NCBI GenBank assembly: GCA_963796275.1
Contig: CAWCKY010000004.1
Span: 128,001 to 192,000 of the forward strand
Direction of reading: 5' to 3'
Length of the DNA: 64,000 nt
Source: an uncultured Acidobacteriota bacterium
GTDB lineage: Bacteria > Acidobacteriota > Blastocatellia > RBC074
In this document: positions 49,901 to 63,618 of the stretch, piece after piece
How positions within the stretch are numbered: position 1 is the stretch's first letter
Layout of the letters: each line of letters begins with the position of its first letter
Program-made: the position numbers and the translations under genes
Notes under the pieces: generated by a model
Databases searched by the model: none
What the model saw: the letters and a program-made list of their open reading frames with translations, nothing else
Told to the model about the DNA's origin: nothing

Positions 49901-52900
49901 TATAGAGCGTCGCCTGCTGGCTCTGGCTGAGGCGCTTCAAGCCATCGACCTGCTCCCGGCTCAAACTCACCTGACACAGTTCCGCCGCGAAGCTCTGCAC
50001 CGGTGGTCTGACTCTATCGGTCGGCAACTCCAGCCGCTCCGGTATCCCCGCCAGCTGCTTACTCCAGTAGGCCAGCCCTCCTCGCAGCCCCTCCTGCTCC
50101 AGCCACTCTCTCTGCCACAAGGCGAAGTCGGCATACTGGACTGACAGAGGTCTGAGCGGATTCTCTCTCCCCTCACAGAACGCCTGGTAGAGCTCAGCCA
50201 GCTCCCGATTGAAGACTCCCTCCGACCACCCGTCCGAGACGATGTGGTGCATCGTTCGCAGCAGGATATAATCGCGCTCACCCAGCTTGAGCAGCTTCAT
50301 CCGCAGCAGCGGCCCGCACCCCAGGTCGAAAGGGAGGCTCGCTTCTTCACGCAGTCCAGCCAGAACTCGTACTTGTCGCTCTTCTTCATCCAACGCTGTC
50401 AAATCTTCCGCCCGCAGCTCGATCCGCAGCTCCGGCTCGATGACCTGCACCGGCTCTCCCTCTATCTCCGTAAAGTGGGTGCGCAGGCTCTCGTGGCGGG
50501 TCACGATCGTATTGATCGTCTTCTCCAGCGCCTGCCGGTCCAGCTCTCCTCTCAACCGGAGCGCGACCGGCATGTTGTACTCGATGCTGCCCCCTGCCAG
50601 CCGGTCCAGAAACCAGAGTCGCTGCTGCGCATACGAAAGCGGCAGCCGCTCGGGCCGCTGCCGGCGCACCAGCGCAGCTCGTCCTATGGTGCTCTCACTC
50701 AGCCGCCGGCCCAGCTGCGCCACACTCGGCGATTCAAACAGCGTCCGAATCGCCAATTCCACTCCCAGCATCGCCCGCACTCGGCTCACCAGCCGCGTCG
50801 CCAGCAGAGAGTGTCCTCCGAGCTGGAAGAAGTTGTCGTCGATCCCTACTCGCTCTACTCCCAGCACCTCGGCGAACAATGAACAGAGAATCTCCTCGTG
50901 CGGGCTGCGCGGCGCTCTATACACATCTGTGGAGATCAACTCGGGCTCTGGCAGCGCCTTACGATCGAGCTTGCCATTTGGCGTCATTGGCAGCTCTTCC
51001 ATCTCGACGATCGCTGCCGGCACCATATACTCCGGCAAGCGGTGTGCTATGCGCTGCCGCACCGCCTTGGCATCAATGCTCTCCCCGGCTGCGGGCACCA
51101 TATAGCCGGCCAGCCGTCTCTCGCCCGCACGATCCTCGCGCGCCACCACAGCTGCCTGCGCGACCTCCGGCAACTCTCGCAGCGCCGCCTCGATCTCCCC
51201 CGGCTCGATCCGGTAGCCCCGTACCTTCACTTGTTCATCGGCTCGTCCCAGAAACTCCAGGCTGCCGTCGATCCGCCAGCGCGCAAGGTCTCCGGTGCGA
51301 TAGATTCGGTTTCCCGGCTCGCCGTTGGGATCGGCCACGAATCGCTCAGCCGTCAAGGCTGCTCGCTTCAGATATCCGCGCGCCAGCCCTGCTCCCGCCA
51401 GGTAGAGTTCTCCCGCCACTCCCACTGGCGCTGCTCGCAGGCTCCCGTCCAACACGTACAAGCGCGTGTTGCTGATCGGCTCTCCTATCGGAACCGGCTC
51501 CAGTCCCCCACCTTCGTTACATTCCCAGTAGCTCGCGTCAATCGTCGCTTCTGTCGGCCCATAAAGATTGATTATTCTCGCACCGCTCACCGCCTGAAAC
51601 TTCTCTATCAAATCCCACGCAAGTGCTTCTCCACCGCAGAACATCCGCTTCAGCCTCCGACACTTCTCCCATCCTTCTTCCTCCACCATTGCCTGTAGCA
51701 GCTTCGGTACCACCTGCACGATGCTGATCTCCCGTTCTGCTATCTCAGCCATCAAATAAGCACTGTCGCGATGACCGCCAGGTCTGGCTATGACAAGCTG
51801 CGCCCCCACCAGCAGCGGCGCGTAAAACTCCCACACCGAGGCATCAAAACTGAATGGAGTTTTTTGGAGAACGCGGTCATCCTCACTCAAAGCAAAACGT
51901 TCCTGCATCCAGAGCATATGGTTAAGAAGAGCGCCGTGTGAGATCATCGTTCCCTTGGGGTCTCCCGTCGAGCCAGAGGTATAGATGACATAGGCGATAT
52001 TCTCAGAGGTTATTTTGGTCAACGGTGACGACTCAGTCTCAGAACCGAAAGCTGTCGGATCGGCATCAATAAATATCAAATTACGCCGAGAACCGCTCAA
52101 TCGATCGCGCAAATATCGCTGAGTCGAGGATGATTGGCACATGTGCGGTTTCAAGCATGAATGACAGCCGCTCCAGCGGATAATCTGTATCCAGCGGCAG
52201 ATAGGCCGCTCCTGCTTTGAGAATCCCCAGCATCCCCACTACCATCTCAATGCTGCGCTCCAAACATAGGCCCACGCATATCTCTGGTCCGATCCCCTCA
52301 CCGATCAACAGGTGCGCCAGCCGGTTGACTCGCTCGTTCAACTCTCGGTAATTAAGCACTTGTTCGCCGGAGACAACTGCCACCGCCTCCGGCGTTCTTC
52401 GGACCTGCTGCTCGAACAGCTCTACCACTGTCGTCTCTGGTATCTCTCGCGTTCGTTCGGTTCCACCCCTGGAGTATCTGCCTTCGCTCACCCTCCTCCA
52501 GCAGCTCGATGCTTTTGATCGCCTTGCGGCCATCAGCCGTCATCGCCTCCACCACTCGCAGATAGTGGCGCCCCATCTGCTCCATCCGCCAACCATCGAA
52601 CAAGTCCCGGTTATAGACCCAGGACAGCCGATATCGCCCTCCCACTCCCAGGCGTGCACTTCCAGGTCGTATTTCACTCGCAGCTCATCTCCCATCACCG
52701 GCCCCACCTCCAAGCCCTTCATCTGCTCCGGCATCCACGGCGCATTCTGCAGCGCGAAGACCACCTGGAAGATCGGCGTCGTATTGAGACTCCGCTCCGG
52801 CGAGAACCCCTCCACTAACCGCTCAAACGGCACATCCTGGTGCTCATACCCCTCCAACGCCACTCGCCTCACCTCGCCAGCAACTGCTCGATCCTCTTCT

Positions 52901-55900
52901 CTTCATCTACCCTTATCCTCATCGCCAACGAGTTGACGAAGAATCCGATCATCTCCTCCAACTCCGCCTCCTGCCGGTTCGCGATCGGTGATCCCACCAC
53001 GATCTCTTCCTGTCCGCTGTATCGCTCCAGCAGCACCCCGAACCCTGCCAGCAATACCATATAGAGCGTCGCCTGCTGGCTCTGGCTGAGCGTTTGAGAC
53101 GCTCGACTGATCAGCGCTCAAGCTTCATCTGGCACAGCTCTGCATCGATAGGTCTGCACCGTCGGTCGCACCTATCGGTCGGCAACTCCAGCCGTTCCGG
53201 TATCCCGGCCAGCTGCTCTTTCCAGTAGCCCAGTCCCCCTGCCAGGACCTCCTGCTCCAGCCACTCTCTCTGCCACAAGGCGAAGTCGGCATACTGCACT
53301 GACAGAGGCTTGAGCGGATTCTCTCTCCCTTCACAGTAAGCCTCGTAGAGCAGCGCACAACTCCCGGTTGAAGACCCCTTCCGACCAGCCGTCCGAGACG
53401 ATGTGGTGCATCGTCCTCAGCAGGAGATGATCGCCTTCGCCCAGCTTGAGCAGCCTCATCCGCAGCAGCGGACCGCAGGCCAGGTCAAAAGGAAGGCTCG
53501 CTTCCTCCCGCAGTTCTGCCATGACACGCGCCAGCTCGTTCCAGTTCGCTCAGCTTGCTCAGGTCTTCTATGGGAATTTCGACGATCAGCTCCGGTTCGA
53601 TGACTTGCACCGGCTTTCCTTCGATCTCGGCAAAGCGGGTGCGCAGGCTTTCGTGGCGGGCCACGATGGTGTTGATGCTCTTCTCCAGCGCCTGCCGGTC
53701 GAGCTCTCCCCGCAGTCGGAGAGCGATGCGCATGTTGTATTCGATGCTGGTTCCTCCCAACCGATCGAGAAACCAGAGCCGCTGCTGCGCATACGAGAGC
53801 GGCAGCCGCTCGGGGCGCTGCTGGCGCACAAGCGGAGGCGCTTTGTCGGAATTACGCAGGCGCGGGGCGAGGAGCGCGACAGTGGGTGACTCAAACAGCG
53901 TCCGTATCGCCAGTTCCACTCCCAGCATCGCCCGCACCCGGCTCACCAGGCGCGTCGCCATCAGCGAGTGGCCTCCGAGCTCAAAGAAGTTGTCCTCGAT
54001 CCCTACCCGTGGCAGGCCCAGCACCTCCGCAAAGAGTAAGCAGAGAATCTCCTCTTTCGGACTGCGCGGCCCTCTCCAGACAGCTGTCGAGACCAGCTCC
54101 GGTTCCGGCAGTCCCTTGCGATCCAGCTTACCGTTCGGCGTCAACGGCAGTGCTTCCATCTCGACGATCGCCGACGGCACCATATAGTCGGGCAAACGTT
54201 GCGCCAGCCGTTGTCGCAATGTGCCGGTATCGATGCTCCGCTCCGGCGCAGGCACGACATAGCCGACCAGCAGCTTCTCGCCCGCACGATCCTCGCGCAC
54301 CACCACCGCCGCCTGTGTCACCTCCGGCAGTTCGCGCAGCGCCGCCTCGATCTCTCCCGGCTCGATCCGGAAGCCCCGTATCTTCACCTGCTGATCCGCT
54401 CTCCCCAGAAACTCCAGATTCCCATCTCTCCGCCATCTCGCCAGGTCTCCCGTCCGGTACATCCTCGTTCCCGTCTCTCCGTATGGATCCGCCACAAATC
54501 GCTCGGCCGTCATCCCCGCTCGCTTCTGATATCCGCGCGCCAATCCCGGCCCAGCGATATAGAGCTCCCCTCCCACTCCCACTGGCGCCGGCTGCATACT
54601 TCCATCCAAGACGTACACCCGCGTGTTGCTGATCGGTTGCCCTATCGCTATCGTCTCCTCTTCTTTGATCTCCTCTCGACTAACTTCTCTCCATGTCGCA
54701 AAAGTCGTCGTCTCTGTTGGCCCGTAGACGTGCAGCAGCCGCTCTGGCCCCTCTTGTTTGAGCACCTCCGCCACCCATACGGATCTACTTTCTCTCCGCC
54801 AAATAAGATCTCCCGGCAACCCTTGAACGCCCTCGGTTCGGATCGTGCCACCTGGTTAAATAACGCCGTGGTCAGAAAGATTGTGCTAACCTCTTCCGCT
54901 ATCAATTCCTCGGCGAGCAACCCAGGTTGCAACAATAGATCGCGACTGATGCAATGCAATCGCGCTCCATGCACTAATGCCCCCCATATCTCAAAGGTCG
55001 CTGCATCAAATGAGATGGTCGATGCCTGCGCTATTACATCCATCTCTCTGATCTCGACGTAGTCTGTCTGACATACCAGGCGCGCTACTCCCCGATGCGT
55101 AACCTCAATCCCTTTTGGCTCCCCGGTCGATCCCGACGTGTAGATCACATACGCCAGGTTATCTCCGCACACCTCTACCCTCGGATTCTCCCTCACATCC
55201 TCCGCCTCTGCCTCCACTGTTGACAGATTGATTACTTCTGCGTCGCTACCGGCCAGCCGTTCGCCCTGCAACCGGTCACTCACCACTACTCTGGCTCCGC
55301 TATCTCTCACCATATAGAGCAGCCGCGACGGCGGGTACTCGGGATCCAGCGGCAGATAGGCGGCGCCCGCCTTCACGATACCTAGAATACCTATTACCAC
55401 CTCTATCCCACGCTCCAAACAGACTCCCACCACATCATCTCGCTCCACCCCTAGTCTCCGCAGGTAATGCGCTAATCGGTTGGCCCGCTCATTCAATTTT
55501 CCATAGCTGATCTTCTTATCCCCACTCTTTATCGCCACGGCCTCAGGTGTTCTTTGTACTTGCTCCTCAAACAACTCCACCAACGTCGCCTCTGGTATCT
55601 CCCGCTTCGTCCTGTTCCATTCCTCCACTATCTGGCGCCGCTCCACTTCCGGCACTACTTCAATTTCCCTCACCTCTGTCCCAGGCGCTCTCTCCAGCGC
55701 CTCCACTATCTGCTCCAGCGCCATCCGCATATATTCACAGATTCTTCTCGCCTCGATCGGTCTCACCGCTTGCGCCGTCAGCACGAATCCTTCTCCCAGA
55801 TCATCCACTGACAGGGTCAGCGGGTAGTTGGTCCGCTCTTCGGTGTCAATCACCTCGATGCCGGCCCAGCCATCTCCCGCCTCGAGCGATCGCGCCACCT

Positions 55901-58900
55901 CCTGCCGAGTGTGCCGGTAGTTGAGCAACGCACTGAACAGCGGCCTCGGCGCCTCCACCCCACTGCACCTTTGCGCCGACGCCAGCGACGCGTGTTCGTA
56001 CCTCATCAGCTCTCCCAGCTGCTTGTGCGTTTCTCTCACGCTCCGCTCCACACTCGCTTTCCCCACTCGTACCCGGGTCGGCAACGTGTTGATGAACATT
56101 CCCAGCACTCGCTCCGCTCCCTCTCCTCCTCCCATTCGCCCTAACAACACCGTCCCGAACACCACATCTTCCTCTCCTGACACTCGCCCAAGCACTCGCC
56201 CCCACGCCACGTGACACACGCTCGCCGCGCTCACCTCAAGCGCCCGCGCTCTCTCCCTCAACCGCCTCGCCAACCTCTCCTCCACCTCCATCCGCACTTC
56301 CTCTATCTCCCTCCCATCCCCTCGCACTTCCAGTAACCCATACGGCGCCGCCGGCTCTTCCACATCTCCAGCATCTCCCGGAAGAACCTCTCCTCTTCAC
56401 CACGCTCCTCCCTTAGCCGCCCAGCCCACACAAACTTTCGGTATGCCACCGGCTCTCGCAGTCGATCACTCTCTCCCTTCAGGCAGGCGCTCACCTCCTC
56501 GATCATTGCCTCCAGCGTCGTGTGATCCATCGTCAAATGGTGCAACAACCACAGCAGCAGCCACCTCCCACTGGCTCCATCCCGCGCCACCACCAGCCTC
56601 ATCATCGGCGCCTGACTCACATCCACTCTCATCCGCCGCGGATCGTACCGCTCTCGCAGTTGTTCGACCGCCTCCCCATCCCCTTCATCCAACTCCACCT
56701 CCTCCACCTCCAACCGCGCCTCCCGCCAGACTACCTGCACCGGCTCTCGCAATCCCTCCCACACCACCGCCGTCCTCAATATGTCGTGCCGCGCGATCAC
56801 CTCCCTCATCGCCCCCACCACTCTCTCCATTCGTTCTCGCCCATCGATGGCAAAAATCATTCGCAGTAGGTACGTATCCCCTCTCCTATTCATCATGTGA
56901 TGGAACAGTATCCCTTCCTGCAGCGGCGCCAGCGGGTAGATGTCCTGCACGTTGGCCGCCCCTCCTGCCACTCTCCCCACCACTTCATCGATCTCTCCCT
57001 GCGTCATCTCCACCAGCGGCAGCATCTCCGGCGTGATCTTCCGCATCCCTCTGGGATCAGATTGGGCGGCACCTCTAACTCCGCCTCTCTTACTCCTTCT
57101 ATCGCCCGGGCCAACCCCTCCAAAGTCGGCTCCCGGAACAGCGTCCGCACCTCCGTCGCCAGCCCCTCCCTCCTCATCCGCTCGATCATCTTCACCCCAA
57201 GCAGCGAATGGCCCCCCAGTTCAAAGAAATTGTCCCGCCGTCCCACTCTCTCCACCCCAAGCACTTCTTCCCATATCTCCGCCAATTTTCTCTCTATCTC
57301 TCTCTCCGGCGGCTCATACCCACCCCTCGCATTGGCATCCCACTTCGGCGCCGGCAATGCCCGCCGGTCCAGTTTCCCGTTAGGTGTCAGCGGCAGGACC
57401 TCCAGTTCCACGATCGCCGCCGGCACCATATAGTCGGGCAGCCTTTGCCCTAACTGTTGCCGGACCGCGCTCTGATCGATGCTTTGCCCTCGGGCCGCTA
57501 CCACGTATCCCACCAGCCGCTTCTCTCCCGGCACTTCCTCCCGCGCCACCACTGCCGCATCTCAACCTCCTCGCAGCTCTCGCAGCGCCGCCTCGATCCG
57601 CCCGTTTCACCCGGAACCCTCGTATCTTCACCTGCTGATCCACCTTCGCCCCAGGAACCCAGTGTTCCCATCCGTCACGCCATCTCTGCCAGGGTCTCCT
57701 GTCCGGTACATCCTCGTTCCAGGCTCCCTCCCTATTTCGATCGGGTACCGAATCGCTCGGCCGTCAGCGCCTGCTCGCTTCAGATATCCGCGCGCCAGCC
57801 CTGCCCCCGCGATAGAGCTCCCCAGCCACTCCCACAGGGACCGGCTGCATGCTCCCGTTCAAAACGTAGACGCGCGTGTTCCAGTTTGGCCGCCTATCGG
57901 CGGTCCCTCCCCTCCCGATAACGGCCCGCACAGAGTCGAGGAAGCTGTCGTCTCTGTCGGACCATAGGAATTGATTATTCGCCTCCCCTCCGCCCAGCTC
58001 GACACCAGTTCTGCCGAACACGCTTCGCCTCCCACTATCAGCGTCTGTAGATCGGGTATCTCACCGAATCGGGAGACTCGCCAATGTAGCAGGTGGAATC
58101 GGCGCATGACTGATCCTCTCATCGACCAGCATGCCCGTTAATAGATAGCCAGCCATCAATCCCGGACGCGGAAGCACCAAAGTGGCTCCCGCGGCGAACG
58201 CCATCAAAACTTCCATGACCGCCGCATCGAAGCTGGGAGATGACAACTGAAGAACACGCGCAGCGGGTGTCAGAGCGAAACGCTCGATCTGGAGTTCAGC
58301 GAGGCTGGGAAGGCCGACGTGGGAGATGACGGCACCTTTGGGAGTGCCGGTAGAACCGGAAGTATAGATGACATATGCCGGATTCTGTGCCCTCAGAGGC
58401 CTGAGACGCTCCATCTCTCCCGGATTGGTGCTCAGTTTCCGCTCCAGCGCTTCGGCCTGCTCAGGTTGATCAAGCAGCAGGCGGCGTGTCGCACTCCACG
58501 GCAACCGCTCCGCCTCTTCTCTCATGCTCAGCAGCAGCGCAGGCTCGGCATCCGCAATCATAAAGGCGATCCGCTCAGCCGGATACTCCAGGTCGATCGG
58601 CAGATATGCCCCCCCGGCCTTCAATATCCCCAGTTGCGCGATGATCATCTCTAACGATCGCGGCAGCGCCAGCGCCACCACATCCTCCGGCCCAATCCCC
58701 TCAGCGATCAACAGGTGCGCCAGCCTATTGGCTCGCTCGTTCAACTTCGCATAGGTTAGCTCCCGCTCCTGGTAGACCACCGCCACTGCCCCGGGGCTTT
58801 TCCGCACCTGTTCTTCAAACAACTCCACCAGCGTAGTCCGCGGTATTTCCCGCTCCGTCCGGTTCCACTCCTCCAGTATCTGCTCTCGCTCCTCCCTCCC

Positions 58901-61900
58901 AGCAGCTCGATGCTTCCTATCCCCCGTTGCGCATTCCCTGCCATCACCTCCAGCACCCGCACATAATGGCGTCCCATCTGCTCCATCCTCCACCGCATCA
59001 AACAAATCCCGGTTGTAGAGCCACGCGATCTGAATCTCTTCCTCACTCTCCCAGGCGTGCACCTCCAGGTCGAAGCGCACTCGCAGCTCTCCTCCCATCA
59101 CCGGCTCCACCTCCAGCCCCTTCATTCGCTCGGCCACCTGCGGCGCATTCTGCAGGGCGAAGACCACCTGGTAGATGGGCGTCGTGTCCAGACTCCGCTG
59201 CGGAGAGAGCTCCTCCACCAGCCGCTCGAAGGGCACCTCCTGATGCTCATAGGCCTCCAGCGCCACTCGCCTCACCTCGCTCACCAACTCTTCTACCCTC
59301 TTCTCCTCATCCACCCGCACCCTCATCGCCAGCGTGTTGATGAAGAATCCGATCATCTCCTCCAACTGCGCCTCCTGCCGGTTAGCGATCGGCGTTCCCA
59401 CCACCACCTCTTCCTGCCCGCTGTAGCGCTCCAGCAGCACTCCAAAACCCGCCAGCAATACCATATAGAAAGTCGCCTGTTGGCTCTGGCTCAGCTGTTT
59501 CAAGGCGCTCGTCTGCTCCCGGCTCAAGCTCACCTGATACAGTTCTGCCTCATAGCTCTGCACCGCGGTCTTACTCTATCGGTCGGCAACTCCAGCCGCT
59601 CCGGGTATCCCCGCCAGCTGCTCTTTCCAGTAGGCCAGCCCCCCGCCAGAACCTCCCGCTCCAGCCACTCTCTCTGCCACAAGGCGAAGTCGGCGTACTG
59701 CACCGCCAGCGGCCGCAGCGGATTCTCTTTCTCGCAGTAAGCCTCGTAGAGCAGCGCCAACTCTCGGTTGAATACCCCTTCCGACCAGCCGTCGAATGCG
59801 ATGTGGTGCATCGTCCTGATCAGGATGTGATCGCCCTCGCCCAGCTTGAGCAGCCTCATCCTCAGCAGCGGCCCGCAGGCTAGATCGAAAGGGAGGCTCC
59901 CTTCCTCCCGCAGTTCGGCCATGACACGCGACGCTCGTTCCAGTTCGCTCAGCTTGCTCAGGTCTTCTATGGGAATTTCGATGAGCAGCTCCGGTTCAAT
60001 GACTTGCACCGGCTCTCCCTCGATCTCGGCAAAGTGGGTGCGCAGGCTCTCGTGGCGGGTCACGATCGTGTTGATGCTCTTCTCCAGCGCCTCGCGGTCG
60101 AGTTCTCCTCGCAGGCGGAGAGCGATGGGCATGTTGTACTCGCTGCTGCCTCCTCCCAGCCGATCGAGAAACCAGAGCCGCTGCTGCGCATACGAGAGCG
60201 GCAGCTGATCGGGGCGCTGCTGGCGCACAAGCGGAGGCACTTTGTCGGAATTGCGCAGGCGCGGGGCGAGGAGGGCGACAGTGGGTGACTCAAACAGCAT
60301 CCGTATCGCCAGTTCCACTCCCAGCATTGCCCGCACTCGGCTCACCAGCCGCGTCGCCATCAGCGAGTGGCCCCCAAGCTCGAAGAAGTTATCGTTTATC
60401 CCTACTCGCTCCCGGCCCAGCACCTCGGCGAACAATGAGCAGAGTATCTCCTCTTTCGGACTGCGCGGCCCTCTCCATACGGCCGTCGAGATCAGCTCCG
60501 GCTCCGGCAGCCCCTTGCGATCCAGCTTCCCGTTCGGCGTCAGCGGCAGCGCTTCCATCTCGACGATCACTGCCGGCACCATATAGTCAGGCAAACGTTG
60601 CGCTAGCTGTTGTCGCAATGTGCCGGCATCGATGCTCCGCCCCGGCGCGGGCACGACATAGCCGACCAGCCTCTTATCTCCCGCACGATCTGCGCGCACC
60701 ACCACTGCTGCCTGCGCCACCTCCGGCAGTTCGCGCAGCGCCGCCTCGATCTCTCCCAACTCCACCCGGAACCCCCGTATCTTCACCTGCTCATCGGCAC
60801 GTCCCAGGAACTCCAGATTCCCATCTCTCCGCCAGCGCGCAAGGTCTCCCGTCCGATACATCCGCCTTCCTGCCTCTCCGTATGGGTCGGCCACGAATCG
60901 TTCCCCCGTCAGACCCGCCCTCTTCACATATCCACGCCCCAGTTGCACTCCCCCAAGGTAGAGCTCTCCCTCTACTCCTGGCGGCAACAGCTGCAGCTGC
61001 TCATTGAGCACGTACAGCTGCGTGTTCCATACCGCAGTCCCGATCGGCACCGGAACCGATTCATCATCGGGCCGTGCTCTCCAGTAGCTGACATCCACCG
61101 CTGCTTCTGTCGGTCCATACAAGTTGTGCAGCTCGGCTTCCATAACCGCATGGAATCGATCTCGCAATTGCCCCGGCAGTTCCTCCCCGCTACAAAATAC
61201 TCGGCATAGTCTGATACCCCTTGCTGCCGGCTCGGCTAAAAATTGCTCCAGCATCGAGGGCACGAAATGTATGGTCGTGATTCCTTGCTCGCGAATGATC
61301 GAGGCCAGCCAGGCCGGATCTTTGTGACTATCTGGTGGCGCCACCACCAGCGTTGCCCCGGCAATCGGCGCCAGGAAAAACTCCCACACCGACACGTCGA
61401 AACTTGCTGGTGTTTTCTGCAGTATCCGATCACCAGCCCCAATACCGTAGTGCTCACGCATCCACTCCAGCCGGTTGACGATCGCCTTGTGCTCGATTGC
61501 CGCCCCTTTGGGCCTCCCCGTAGAGCCGGATGTGTAGATGACATAAGCGGGATTGTCTGGTCTCAGAGCCCGCACTCGTTCCCGGTCTGTCGGGTTGATC
61601 TGTGAGTTCTGCTCCAGAGCCCGGGCCAGATCGGCCAGATCAGGTTGATCGAGTAATAAGCGACGTGGAGTTGCGGGCAGCCGTTCCGCCATCCGACTGT
61701 TGGAGATCAGGCAAGCCGGCTCGGCATCCTCCAGCATAAAGGCCACTCGCTCGGCCGGATAATCCAAGTCGATCGGCAGATAAGCCGCCCCGGCCTTCAA
61801 TATCCCCAGCAGCGCGACGATCATCTCCAATGAACGCGGCAGGGCGAGGGCAACCACGTCCTCCGGTCCAATCCCTTCAGCCATCAGCACGTGTGCCAGG

Positions 61901-63381
61901 CGATTCGCTCGTTCATTCAACTCTCTGAAGCTCAGCTCTTGCTCCCCAAAGACCACTGCCACCGCCTGTGGGCTCTTCTTCACCTGCTGCTCGAACAGCT
62001 CTACCAACGTCGCCTGCGCTATCTCCCTCTCCGTCCGGTTCCACTCCAGTATCTGCTCTCGCTCCTGCTCGCTCAGCAACTCCACTCGCCATATCTGTCG
62101 TTCCTGATCGTCTACAAGCCTATCCAGATAACTTAAAAATCTTCGTTCATGAGTAACAAGTGCGTCGCTCGAGTAGCGGTTCGATTCTGCATGAAAATCG
62201 ATTCTCAACTCTCCCGCATCAGAATATCGTTCATAGACATTGATCGAGAAATCTTCGGCTGGTCCATTTGTAAGAATGTGTGCCGTGGCGTGATTGCCGG
62301 CAAACCGCAGTTCAGGAAGGAATGGTATGGCATTGACCACTGGGCCATATAGCCTCTGATTCACAGCGCGTAAACCAAGATCCCGTCGTATATGCTCACC
62401 TCGATAGCGATGGTGCCGCAGCGCCAGACGGGTTCTCTGCCCGACCTGTTGTATTAGCTCCGAGAATGCCATGCCTGGCAGCACCTTCAGTAGCAATGGC
62501 ACCACGTTTGCCAGCATGCTCGGGATTGACCGTGAGACAATTCCTGAGCGGGCAGAGACCGCGAGACCGAGGACTATTTCATCCGCGCCCGTCAATCGGC
62601 TCAGATATGCTGCCACCCCCGCCGTTATGATCTGTGACAAACTCGCCCCGGTGCGGCGCATACTCTCCCGCAGCCGCTCCGCGACAACGCGCTGTACCTG
62701 TGTCGTGTGGAGCAATGAGCCGCGTGAAACGATTGATCGCTGATCCGCAAGGCTTACCGGCTCAGGCAAGCCGGCTAGACATTCCAACCAATACTGCCGA
62801 TCTTTCACGAACCGCTCTGACGCGCAATACCTCTCTTCCTCCTCCAAAAGAAGCCGCAGAGAACCGAAAGCGCTGCCCTTATCCGGCAGGCCGCTGACTA
62901 GTGAAGTGTAGACATCCGCTACCCGTCGTTCGACGAGCAAACACCCGACCCCGTCATTGATAATGTGATGAAATCGAAAGTACCAAAGAAACTTCTCAGG
63001 GCCCGCCTTGAACAGGACAAAGGTAAAAAGCGGGCCGTTGGTCAAATCAACTGCGTGGCCTATATCCGCTTTCATCCAATCTTTGGCCGCTTCCAGTGGG
63101 TCCGCTTCCGCACTGATATCAAAAAATGGCAGCGACCATTGCAAGGACCCATTCAGCATTTGCCGCGGACCATCAGAATTCTCCAAGATACGCACACGAA
63201 GCGCCTCGGCTTCCATAAGAACCTGTCGCAACGCAGCCTCGAAGAGACCTAGATCAACCGGTCCATCGATTTCTATGTATTTGGCGATGTTGTAGATGCT
63301 ACTGTCGGTATCGACCTTTTGTGCTAACCAGATTTCGCGCTGAGCAGCCAGGAGAGGGAGATATAAATACTGATTTACCAT
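37172..63381 (-). CDS. Giant NRPS-A: Cstarter, 8 modules, TE; lipopeptide synthetase fragmented into several ORFs by apparent indel errors
   Basis: ORFs 59530..63381, 58061..59563, 57004..57552, 56303..57046, 54648..56363, 53485..54819, 45807..52154, 37653..45791 and 37172..37858 are colinear pieces of one C-A-T series. The breaks fall inside domains, not at module borders. Confidence 0.88.
38000..41170 (-). other. NRPS-A module 8: LCL C - A(Pro-like, DVQFAAHVAK) - T
   Basis: [30 protein letters not shown]. Confidence 0.8.
41190..44350 (-). other. NRPS-A module 7: LCL C - A(His-like, DSALIAEVWK) - T
   Basis: [30 protein letters not shown]. Confidence 0.7.
44370..47530 (-). other. NRPS-A module 6: LCL C - A(Ser, DVWHFSLVDK) - T
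   Basis: The A domain is near-identical to both module-1 A domains; frameshift errors at ~45800-45870. Confidence 0.85.
45900..47880. repeat. Near-identical repeat of ~49060-51040 (T, C, A N-terminus); a third partial copy lies at ~40670-41410
   Basis: Shadow ORFs 47085 vs 50244 (offset 3159) and 40725. Confidence 0.9.
47550..50690 (-). other. NRPS-A module 5: LCL C - A(Ile/Val, DAFFLGVTFK) - T
   Basis: [30 protein letters not shown]. Confidence 0.82.
50710..53850 (-). other. NRPS-A module 4: LCL C - A(Gln, DAWQFGLIDK) - T
   Basis: [30 protein letters not shown]. The C domain is frameshifted several times. Confidence 0.8.
53870..57090 (-). other. NRPS-A module 3: dual E/C - A(Ile/Val, DAFFLGVTFK) - T
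   Basis: HHMMNRRGD plus HHLTMDH; [30 protein letters not shown]. Confidence 0.8.
57110..60250 (-). other. NRPS-A module 2: LCL C - A(unassigned, DAMPIGSASK) - T; predicted D residue
   Basis: HHIAFDGWS; [31 protein letters not shown]. Error-rich region. Confidence 0.6.
60270..63381 (-). other. NRPS-A module 1: starter C - A(Ser, DVWHFSLVDK) - T
   Basis: [28 protein letters not shown] and the Ser code; paralogous to NRPS-B module 1. Confidence 0.88.
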
Positions 63382-63543
63382 ACGGGATATTGGGAATTAA
63401 ATATAATTGATGAAAATGGAGGGGCAGCTGAAGCGGGCACACAAGGGTGAAGATAAACGTTCCTGAGGAGCAAAAGTCATACCTGACACTCAATAGATTT
63501 GCGCGGGTCACAATTTTCTGCTCAATCAGATACCTATCTCCTC

Positions 63544-63589
63544 GAAAAAGAGCACTGGAGAAATTGGTTCGATTTCTCCGATCTTTTTC
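63544..63589. terminator. Terminator-like hairpin in the NRPS-A leader
   Basis: ggagaaat...atttctcc stem (63557-63579) flanked by gaaaaaga/tctttttc, with U-tracts on both strands. Confidence 0.6.
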
Positions 63590-63604
63590 ATAACTCGGCA
63601 TTAC

Positions 63605-63618
63605 AACTCGTCTGAGTT
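63605..63618. promoter_or_regulatory. Palindrome AACTC-N4-GAGTT, copy 2
   Basis: aactc-gtct-gagtt. Confidence 0.5.

Noticed and set aside
37172-63381. Treating the NRPS-A fragments as separate genes
   Set aside because: The breaks fall mid-domain with motifs continuing in another frame, and there are no linker or docking regions.
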